From Lama glama (taxonomy: Eukaryota): DNA of 64,000 bases. The translations under genes and the position numbers were made by a program. Below are positions 53,982-64,000 of the stretch, in pieces; positions within the stretch are counted from its first letter, which is position 1, and the number at the start of each line of letters is the position of its first letter. The notes beneath the pieces were generated by a model. That model searched no databases. It was not told where the DNA came from and was given only the letters and a program-made list of their open reading frames with translations. The DNA lies in the NCBI GenBank assembly GCA_028534125.1, contig CM052817.1, positions 82,524,001 to 82,588,000 of the forward strand, written 5' to 3'.

Positions 53982-54775
53982 CTAATTGGTCTGTTAGGGT
54001 CACCACATAGAGGAGTAATGGACCCCCCTCCCAATCTAAAATGGGCTCAGGTGTCTACACTAGTAATATCACAAGTGCCTCCAAAAAGTATGAAATGTTT
54101 TTTAGTCACATAGTGAGTAGGACAGGCTCCCAAGCAGGTCCATAAATATGGAGAGATTTCAGTATCGTCAGTATTTGCGTCACTAATGGGGTGCTATGCA
54201 GGGCTAAAGGAAGCAGTGACTTGCACCAGAATTCCATTAGCAGCTTATGCCTATCATGGGTACAGAGACTCCAGGAGGCACACGAGGAGGCTGCAAAAAA
54301 CCTCTCTAATGAAGGAGTCTCAGAGGGATACTAGTGGGAGTGCCAGTTTTATTCCAATTTCAACAGATTCTAGAGACTCTGTTCTAAGAAATTCCATTCA
54401 AGATGGTCTGATTTATAACAGCCTATATACGTTTAAGTAAAAATTTTAAATGAGTAGTATGTTTCCACCAAGATCCAAAAAGACTTAAAAGATATTGGAT
54501 TTAACATTGTGGATGCTGAGAGGATAAATAGCTGTTTGTTGACAGTGTAAGGGATAGAGTAGCCCTTGGCAAACCAAAAAATTAAGGTGGTGAGTCTCCT
54601 ATGTTTTGTGAACTGCTTTGTTATTATTTGTATGACCTGAATGAGTGTATCAAATAAATCTCCTTGGAGGAGAATACCATCAATGAAATATCCTACCTGT
54701 GTTGTGGATAAGGTTGGATGTGGTTAAGAAAGGCAGTTTGTGAAGAAGGTTGAGATGCCCTATAGAGTTACTCTT
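53982..54775 (-). pseudogene. ERV-L-like (class III endogenous retrovirus) pol fragment, RT palm to connection/RNase H-like region, frameshifted
   Basis: Manual minus-strand translation across frameshifts gives YFIDGILLQG, FAKGYSIPYTVNKQLFILS, LLSLFGSWWKHTTHLKFLL, LEW, LALPL, SWSL and MEFWCKSL. These are collinear with recalled ERV-L pol blocks HYIDDIMLIG, DIPSKVKDKLLHLA, LVGLFGFWRQHIPHLGVLL, FEWG, AALPL, VWSLW and LGFWSKAL. Confidence 0.8.
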
Positions 54776-55145
54776 TATTACAAGATCCATTTACTCTACC
54801 CACTTTAGATATACCAGTCTCAATTCTCTCTATATATACTTAGCAACAAAATACATGTAATTATTGCTTTAATTATCTAATACAACTTAAGAAACTCTTA
54901 AAGTATAGCTTGTTATTTTACCTATATTTTATCCATTCCCTTTTCTCTTCATTATTTTCTAAACTTCCAGTACTTTTTCTGTTACTGTCTTATTTGGAGA
55001 GCTTCAGCCAGCTATTGTTTGAGTAGGTCTATGAATGGTGAATTTTTTAATTCTCCTTTACTTGGAATAACCTTATTTTCCCTTCAATCCTAAAGGGTAG
55101 TTTCACCGAATATTGAATTCCAAGTGTACAATTATTTTTCTTTCT
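54776..55145 (-). mobile_element. Continuation of the old L1 (inter-ORF region / ORF1 end)
   Basis: 'ccttattttcccttcaatcctaaagggtagtttcaccgaatattgaattc' is an antisense ORF1 C-terminus. Confidence 0.7.
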
Positions 55146-55149
55146 ACAA

Positions 55150-55971
55150 TTATTTTTGTTTAATACATATATTTTTATTGAAGTATAGTCAGTTTACAGT
55201 GTATCAGTTTCTGGTCTACAGCATAATGCTTTAGGCACACATGAATATACCTATATTTGTTTTCATAGTTATTCACCATAAGTTACTACAAGATACTGAA
55301 TATAGTTCCCTGTGCTGTACAGTATGAACTTGTTTGTTTTCTATATATTAGGTAGTATCTTCAAATCCAGAACTCACAATTTATCTCTTCACACCCATAT
55401 CCTCCCCTGGTAACCACAAGTTTGTTTTCTACATCTGTGAGTCTGTTTGTAAATAAGTTCAATTATCTTTTTCTTTAGATTCCACATATAAGTAATATCA
55501 TATGGTATTTTTATTTCTCTTTCTGGTCTTCAACACTTAGACTGACAATCTCCAGGTCCATCCATGTTGCTGCAAAAGGCATTATTTTATTCTTTTTTAT
55601 GGCTGAGTAGTATTCCATTGTATACATATACCACATCATCTTTATCCAGTCATCTGTTGATGGACATTTAGGTTGTTTCCATGCCTTGACTATTGTAAAT
55701 AGTGCTGCTATGAATATTGGAGTGTGTGTATCTTTTTGAATTAATGTTCCCTCTGGATATTTGCCCAGGAGTGGGATTGCTGGATCATATGGTATTATTT
55801 TAGTCTTTTGAGAAATCTCCATACTGTTTTCCATAATGGCTGCACCAAACTACATTCCCACCAACAGTGTAGGAGGGTTCCCTTTTCTCCACAGCCTCTG
55901 CAGCATTTATCAATTGTGGACTTTTGAATGATGCCCATTCTGACTGGTATGAGGTGATACCTCATAGTTCT
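55150..55971 (-). mobile_element. L1 3' end, ~820 bp (first of two tandem 3' ends)
   Basis: ORF 55511-55834 reads [10 protein letters not shown]...WKQPKCPSTDDWIK...MPFAATWMDLE (ORF2p C-terminus), followed by 3'UTR. Confidence 0.95.
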
Positions 55972-58900
55972 GTTTTTTTTATAATATATTTTTATTGAAG
56001 TATATTCAGTTTACAATGTTGTGTCAATTTCTGATGTACAGCACAATGCTTCAGTCATATAACATACATATATTTGTTTTCATATGCTTTTTCACCATAA
56101 GATACTCCAAGATGCTGAATATAGTTCCCTGTGCTATACAGTTTGAATTTGTTTATCTATTTTATATATAGCAGTCAGTATCTGCAGATCTTGAACTCCC
56201 AATTTATCCCATCGTCCTTCCCTTCTGGTAACGGTAAGTTTTCTATGTCTCTGAGTCTGTTTCTGTTTTGTAAATAATTTTCTTTTTTATTTAATTCCAT
56301 ATATGTGTTACCATATGGTATTTTTCTTTCTCTTTTTGGCTTACTTCACTTAGAATGACATTCTCCAGGTCCGTCCATGTTCCTGCAAATAGCATTATTT
56401 TATTCTTCTTTATGGCTGAGTAGTATTCCATTGTATAAGTATACCATATCTTCTTTCTCCAGTCATCTGTTGATGGACATTTAGGTTGTTTTCATGTCTT
56501 CACTATTGTAAATAGTGCTGCTGTAAACATTGGGTTGCATGTATCTTTTTGAATTAAGGTTCCCTCTGGATATATGGCGAGGAGTGGGCTTGCTGGATCA
56601 TATAGTAAGTCTATTTTTAGTTTTTTGAGGAATCTCCATACTCTTTTCCATAATGGCTGCATGAAACTACATTCCTACTAGCAGTGTAAGGGGGTTCCCA
56701 TTTCTCCACAGCCTCTGCAGCATTTATCATTTGTGGACTTTAGAATGATGGCCATTCTGACAGGTGTGAGGTGATAACCTCATTGTAGTTTTGATTTGCA
56801 GTTCTCTGAAAATTAGCAATATGGAACATTTTTTCATGTGCCTGTTGGCCATTTGTATGTCTTCATGGAGAATTGTTTGTTTAGGTCTTATGCTCATTAT
56901 TGGATTGTTTTGTTTTTTTTTGTTGTTGTTGTTACTAAGTTGTATGAGCTGTTTATATATTTTGGAATTTAAGCACTTGACAGTCACATCATTTGCAAAT
57001 ATTTTCTCCCATTCTGTAGGTTGTTCTTTTGTTTTGCTTATAGTTTGCTGTGCAAAATGTTGTAAGTTTAATTAGGTCCTATTTGTTTATTTTTGTTTTT
57101 TTCAATCACCTGAGTTAGACTGCCCTAGGAGAATTGCTGAGATTTAAGTCAGATAATTTTGCCTATGTTTTCTTTAAGAGGTTTATAGTGTCTTGTCTTA
57201 TGTTTAAGTCTTTAAGCCATTTTGAGTGTATTTTTGTGTATGGTGTGAAGGAATATTCTAACTTCATGATTTACATGCAGCTGTCCAGTTTTCCCAACAC
57301 ATTTGCTGAAGAGATTTTCTTTACTCAATTGTATGTTTTGCCTCTTTCATGAAACTTTTTTTTTTTTCCTTTTCATTTTCCCCTTAACAGAGGCACTGGG
57401 GATTGAACCCAGGACCTTGTGCACGCCAAGCATGTGCTCTACCACTGAGCTATTACCACCCCCCTGTTTTGCCTCTTTTGTCAAAGATTAATTAACCATA
57501 AGTTTGTGGGTATATTTCTAGGGTTTCTATTCTGTTCCATTGATCCATATGTCTGTTTTTGTGCCAATACCATGCTATTTTAATTACTGTAGCTCTGCAG
57601 AATATCTGAAGTCTGGGAAGGTTATTCCCCCAGCTTCTTCCTTTTCCTTCAGTATTGCTTTGGCAATTCTGGGTCTTTTTTGATTCCATATTAATTTTAG
57701 GATTATTTGTTCTAGTTCTGTGAAAAAAGATGTCCTAGGCAACTTGATAGGGAATGTATTAAATCTGTAGATTGCTTTAGGTAGTATAGCCATTGTAATA
57801 ATATTAATTCCTCCAATCCAAGAACATGGGCTATGTTTCCATATCTTTAAGTAACCTTTAATTTCCTTAGTTAATGTTTGTAGTTCTCTGTAAGTCTTTC
57901 ACTTCCTTAGTCAGATTTATTCCTATTTTATCTTTTTGGGTGCAATTTTAAAAAGGATTGTTTCTTTCCATTTCTGATATTAACATACTTGAAATTACTG
58001 TTATCTATTTGCTTTAGACTGGTGTTCATGTGGGCTCAAACACATCCTAAAAAGAATGAAGGGAAAAAAAGGGAAAAAAGAAATGTGTATTTTCTTGCTC
58101 CCCTCTCCTACCTTTTATGATTTTGATGTCCTTTTTTGTTTTTTTTCTTTGCATCTTTATGTTTATTCTTTTGCAACTCATTGTAGTTATCACATTTCCA
58201 ATTATGGTTTTCTTGTATTTATAGCTTCCTGCTTATTTTCTATTTAGAATAGACATTTCAACAATTCTTTTAGCATAGGTTTAGTATTGTTGAATTCTTT
58301 GAGTTTTTGCTTGTCTGTGAAGTTCTTTTTCTCTCCTTCTAAAGGATGGTCTTGCCAGATACAGTATCCTAGGTTTACACCTTTATCACATTCAGGACTT
58401 TGAAAATATCTTGCCAGTCCCTTCTGGCCAGTGGTGTTTGTGTAGAGAAATCAGCTGAAAGCCTTATGGGCGTCCCCTTGTCACTAACTGTTTTTCTCCT
58501 GCTGCCTTTAGAATCATTTCTTTAACTTTGGCCATCTTAATTATAGTATGTTTTGCTATAGGTCTGTTTGGGTTCTTTTTGTTTGGGACCCTTATGTGTA
58601 GGTTTTCATGCTGATATTATCCCATAGGTCCCTTCTATTGCTTTAATTGGTTTTTACCTGCTTTTCTGGCTGCTGTTCCGACTGGGTGACTTCTGTTGAC
58701 TTGTCTTCTAAGTCACTTACTCGTCTACGCGTTATCTAGGTCTGCTTTCGACTGCTTTAGGCTTTTTTCTCAGCCATTGAATTTTCTGTTTTGAATTGTC
58801 TCCTCTATTGTTTCTGTTTCCTTTTTTATAGTATTCTGTCTCTATTCATAGTCTCTCTTATTTCCTTCAGTGCTTTTATCACCCCCCCCCTTTTTGAAGT

Positions 58901-60475
58901 CATGCTCTAGTAGACTATCACGGTCTATCTCATTGTTCTTTCTTTCAAGGGACTTCTCTTGTTCTTTTAATTGGGAGTGGTTCCTCTGCTTCTTCATTTT
59001 ACTTATATTTCTCTGGCATTAAGGATTTAGGAGTATCACTTATCTACTGTGGTCCTGAAGGGCTGTTTTTTTGTTTTTGTTTTTATTTAAAGCAGAGCTT
59101 ATGTGCATAGACTGTGTGCATCTAATAGTTTTGTTGCAAGGGCTGTTAGTATGGATGACTGCCATGTCTTTCTTTCATGCATGCTGGCTGTTATCCCTTT
59201 GAATGGGGTGTGGTTTTAACAGCCTTGACTGGGGCCCGGGCAAGGACTGCTCCCCTGTTGCTGGAATAGAGGCTTCTAGGCCTGTTTTGAGCTGCGGTGT
59301 GTGGTAGGCAGGGTTGGAGTGCTTCAGTTGGCAAAAGGAGTTGCTGAGTATACCTCCCCAAGAGAGATCCACTGGGAAGTGCCCTCTGTGGTGTTGTCTG
59401 TCACTTGTCACAGGCCTACAAAGTAATCTTTGTTGATGCTGCCTTTGTCCCCACCTTAGCTGTGGGAATGTCAGCCACTTGCTCTGGTGTCCCCCAGGTT
59501 CTGGACCCCAGGAACCACCAGTACAGACCACCAATGTCAGGCATGCAGTCACACACCTGTATCTGTGGTGCATCACAGGGTCAGTACTGACCCGAGGCCC
59601 ACCTCAATGTACAGTACAGTGTGCTGGCTTGTTGTACATACCTGTACTTGCCTCCACCATGGGCCAGAACTCCACTCCCTGCCTGTTCATCCCAGAGGTG
59701 CAGGTTCACAGTGTCACCAATGGAGCAAATCACTCTCTCTGCCTGGGGCTATAAATAAATCTCAGTCCTACCTGTGAAGTTGTAGGGGCCCTGGGTATGG
59801 ATTCAGCTTTCAGCTCTGCCTCTGCACAGCAATGATGGCTATGACCAAGCACATCTCTGTTCTAGCAACAACACACCAACCATAGAGCCAAGCAGAGACA
59901 GTGGCTACAGTGAGGCTCTTGTGCCCCAACCACCACGCACACCAGTGCTTGTCTATGGGGGTCCCAGGCTATCCTGTTCCCACACACCCTCAGCCAGAGC
60001 CCACACTGCCCTCCAGTCCCCTGAGGCCACCTCTGAGTAGCAGACCCCAGCCCCTCCCCCAATCTCCAGCAGCCAGTCCTGGCCTGTCCCTGCCGGCTTG
60101 CATCTAGGGCTCAGGGACCCGCCCTTCCACTTTCTTTTAGTTCTGTCTTCCACGTGGCTGCCACTTTCTCCTCTGAGCTTCAGGAATCTTGGCTTCTGTC
60201 CCCACTTCCCTCCCAGCTGAAGAGGGGTCATACCATAGTGAGGGTGCTTTTCTTCTTTTGCCACTCCCTCCCTGAAGGACTGGTCCCACCCGGTTTTCTT
60301 TTTTTCTCTTACTGTATTTTGTTAGAATTGTTTTGCATTTCAAAGCAAGAGACACTGCCAGATTTTAGTAGGTGTTCTGTGCGATTCAGTGGGCTTGTAG
60401 ATATAGTTCTTGGTGTATTTATGGGAGAGGGTGAGCTGTGAGTCTCTCTACTCTACCATCTTGGCACCTCCCCCT
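55972..60475 (-). mobile_element. L1 with both termini but lacking the 5' part of ORF2 (endonuclease and most of RT)
   Basis: 3' end at 55972. ORF2 remnants ([31 protein letters not shown]) run to ~57980, then inter-ORF/ORF1 (58000-59040) and 5'UTR ending 'ctctaccatcttggcacctcccc' at ~60474. Confidence 0.9.
57348..57464 (-). mobile_element. tRNA-derived SINE (Vic-1-like, camelid) nested in L1
   Basis: Minus strand reads ggggtggtaatagctcagtggtagagcacatgcttggcgtgcacaaggtcctgggttcaatccccagtgcctc with A and B boxes and an A-rich tail. TSD tgttttgcctcttt at 57334-57347 and 57465-57478. Confidence 0.9.
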
Positions 60476-61230
60476 GTGTGTTCCCTACACTCTTTCAGCC
60501 CCCAGGATTTCTACTGAGAGATTCATGTTCCTCCACTGAGTTCTGCTATTAGTAATACACTGTTTTCCCTGACTGCTTTCAAGATATTATCTTTGTCTTC
60601 AGTTTTCAAAAATTTAATTGAGTTTTGGTATGAATATTTTGGTATTTATTCTACTTGTGGTTCGCTTAACTTCTGGAATGTATAAGTTTACCTCTTTCAC
60701 CAAATTTGAGAAATTTTTAATCTTTTCTGTAAACACCTTTCAGCCTTATAGTCTTTCTCTTTACTTTCTGGGACTCCAAAGATACAGATGTTACACTGTC
60801 ATCTCCATTAGTCCCACAGAACCAGTTTTATTTTCTCCAGGCTATTCTTTTTCTGTTTTCAAATTGAATAAATTTTATTGATCTGTTCTCACCTTCACTT
60901 ATTCTACATCACTGCCACTCAACTATTGATCTCTTCCAATATAGGGTTTTAATTTAGTTATTGTATTTTTCAGTTCTATTTCCTTCTGACTTATTTTTTC
61001 AAGTGTCTTAAGACTGCTGCTTTAAAAACTGTCAAATAATTGATTCATTAGTTATTGGTGCCAGTTGATTGATGTTGTTCATTTAATTTGTGATTTTCAT
61101 TGTACTTGGCATGACAAAGTAGTTTTAATTGCATAATATATAATTTGTATATTATGTTGGAAGACATCTGGTCCTATTTAAATCTTTCATTTTAGCAGGC
61201 AGTTGCCCTGGTTAGGTTTAGCATATTCAT
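60476..61230 (-). mobile_element. Remainder of the old L1 (ORF1 region)
   Basis: 'ctgactgctttcaagatattatctttgtcttcagtttt...ttcaccaaatttgagaaattt' is antisense old ORF1, collinear with 55145. Confidence 0.75.
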
Positions 61231-62277
61231 TCTGGCGCCCTCTCTGGTGCTACTGAGGTAACTGCTGGGGACAGATCAGATCAGTGTTTTTTTGCTATAT
61301 TACATAGATAATGGAACAACTAAAGATTGTACTCTACTGTTGACTATATTTATACTTGCAATGAGACTGAGTTTTAAAAATCTAGAAACATGTTCCACAC
61401 TAAGAGAGAGTAAGAAATATTCATGTAAAAGAAAAAAACAAATACACTTTGAAATTATCCAAAAAACTCATGATGACTCACCATTAACTAATTATATTTC
61501 AATCCTACCTTTGAAGACTCAAGGCATAGTTAATGTTTTCCTTTTTTTAAAAGAAAAATTGTCTTCTATAATATGATAAATGAAATATTCAATAATACAT
61601 ATTTTCTAAGGACTGAAATCAAGACTACATTAAATATGTAAAGTGGAGGAAACAGAAGTTTATCCTGTATGTTTTGCTAATAATAGAATTAAGAAAAGTT
61701 CTGAATTTTTTGAAAGAACAGAAAACGGGAAAACTAATTTCAGGCAAATATTTTCTATTATGTAATTGTATGATATACACCCTTTATTGATTTTAAAATT
61801 ATATATGTTGAGGGAAATAAGTAATTTTTCAAGGGTGTATTATTTTAAAATATGCGAACTGGATGAAATTTATGTTCATGTAGTAACAGTCTTTATGAAT
61901 AGGAATCTTTCACTGGGAGTGAATACGGCAAACATTAACTATGCATATCTAAGAAGACTGAAGTTACCCTCAAAGAAAATAATAATTACATAGGGTCTCA
62001 AACACTGAAAAGGTACAGCAATCTTGAAAATCCAATTTGGAAAGAATATTATTTGTTATCTAATTCATGAAACAAATACATTTGACTATATTTTACTGCC
62101 ACCAAATATAACAACATATCTCACTCTTTAGGTTGAACTGAATGTATGTATTCTATAGGTTGCCTACAGAAAAAAATAATTAGAATAAATTTTAATTAAA
62201 ATATCCAGAACGTTTATGCAGTTGAGTATGAGGTCAATAGACCATAAAGAAGTAGAGGTGAAATGTATAGAGTATGT

Positions 62278-62700
62278 GGAGAATGTCATGCTAAGTGAAG
62301 TAAGCCAGAAAGAAAGAAAAATACCGTATCACTTACATACAGAATCTAAAAAAAAAAAATGAGACAAGTGAACTTATTTACAAAACAAACAGACTCACAG
62401 ATGTAAAAAACAAAATTGTGATTACCGGGGGGAAGAGGGTGGGAAGGGATAAATTAGGAGTTTGAGATTTGCAGATACTAACTACTATATATAAAGTAGA
62501 TAAATAGCAAGGCCCTACTGGATAACACAGGAAACTACACTGAATACTTTGTAATAGCCTATAATGAAAAAAGAATCTGAAAAGGAACATATATATATAT
62601 ATAGATATAGATATATAGATATAGATATAAAACTGAATCACTATGCTGTACACCAGAAATTAACACAAATTGACTATATTTCAATAAAAAGAAATTTAAA
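62278..62700 (+). mobile_element. 5'-truncated L1 3' end
   Basis: 'atgctaagtgaagtaagccagaaaga...gaacttatttacaaaacaaacagactcacag...tgctgtacaccagaaattaacac...caataaaaa'. Confidence 0.92.
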
Positions 62701-64000
62701 AATTTTTTTAAAAGTTAAGTGGAAATATTTAAAAGCTTGAAGGTCAGTAATTAGACTTGTACATTTTGGGGTTTTATCAGTGCTTTTTTATAAACTAAAA
62801 ATGAGTTCTCATAAAGATTAATGTATCTGAATATTATTTGGAGGCATACTATATAACTTTTAATTTATTCATTTAAATTTACCTGCTTTAAATCAGAAAA
62901 AGGAATTATCATTACACTACTTCAGCCATGCCCAAAAGAAGTAAAGAATACTCTCCGAACATAAAATGGTAGTTTGTCTTTCTCACTCTTTCCAACTTTA
63001 TATTCCAACTTTAATTTCCCCCTGAAACCAGGAACACATACTGATCCATGGAACTGTAAGGATTGAATCATTATTTCTTCCCCTTCTCATGTTATGATTT
63101 GAGGTTGGGATCCATCATAAATATTAGTATTATCATCTGGATCTGATTAAATGTAATGGATACGCAGTTTTGGAAAATAACCCACTTTTTTGCCTATTAG
63201 TAAATAATATTGATTCTTCTTTACACAAATCACTAAAATTCTGTAACACCCAGTAAAATAATGGTCTTTAAAAGCTTGCCCAGCCTTGTGTATAAAGTTT
63301 TATTTTAATAGTTTAATTCAATCTGATTATTTTGTTTTTTACCATAATAGCTATGACATTACCTACTGATGTAAAATATTTTAAACATCCATAATTAAAA
63401 CCTAGGGGGAAGAAAGACAATAAAACTTCAAAACTGGTTTAAAGCTTTGCAGTAATATTTTACTGCCAAAGAAAGCAGATAAGACTTTCACACTGTGCTG
63501 AAAACTGCAGGTAATTAATTCCCATGGCAGAGAAGTGAAGGAAAAGCACATTCCATATTCTCAGGGCAAAATATAAAAGGAATTCACAGCAGATCCTGTG
63601 AGGTTTCAGCATTAACCTGTAAGGGACACTTAGAGTGGACTAGGATGTGTTGGGGGTGGGGGGGACGGGATGGGACTGTGAAAGTACAAATTATATCATA
63701 GAAATGCTTCTGGCAACACATCATCCACAACAGGAGAAAAAGCTCTAAGTGATACAACAAACGGTGTCTCAAGTTCCTTACTCATTTCACGTTTAGCCAA
63801 ATCACTGACTTTCTTTTTCCCTGTCATGCTTTCCTAGCTCAGCCACATTTAATGTCAGATGTAAGAGTGTCCCTGGCTTTTTGCTTACTTTATTTTCTGA
63901 CTTTTAAAGAATAGAGGATTCTTTAGGATTTGTAATTCTGCTTTGCCTTCTCCATTTCAGTCATTGATTTCAAGGGGTAATCTGTAGTTCATCAGTAACT

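Noticed and set aside
57395..57464. tRNA-like sequence
   Set aside because: It has an A-rich tail and a TSD, so it is a SINE rather than a tRNA gene.

Overview
AT-rich, CpG-depleted mammalian non-coding DNA, probably from a camelid: a tRNA-derived SINE at 57348-57464 resembles Vic-1. By eye, roughly half the window is interspersed repeat: LINE-1 of several ages (mostly on the - strand, often nested), L2, MIR, MaLR/ERV LTR remnants and Tigger-type DNA transposons. There is a 500-N assembly gap at 9411-9910. I could not support any host protein-coding exon or RNA gene; every recognisable ORF in the track is an L1 remnant. The most notable observations are: (1) an LTR-less, frameshifted ERV-L-like (class III) pol fragment inside an old L1, which the ORF track does not show as pol; (2) a TSD-flanked 'half-L1' made of 5'UTR, ORF1 and 3' end with ORF2 almost all deleted; (3) a second internally deleted L1 with a doubled 3' end; (4) a candidate recursive splice site on the + strand; (5) a scrambled L1. 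I found no convincing evidence of a novel biological system. Repeat family names come from recalled consensus sequences and boundaries are approximate.
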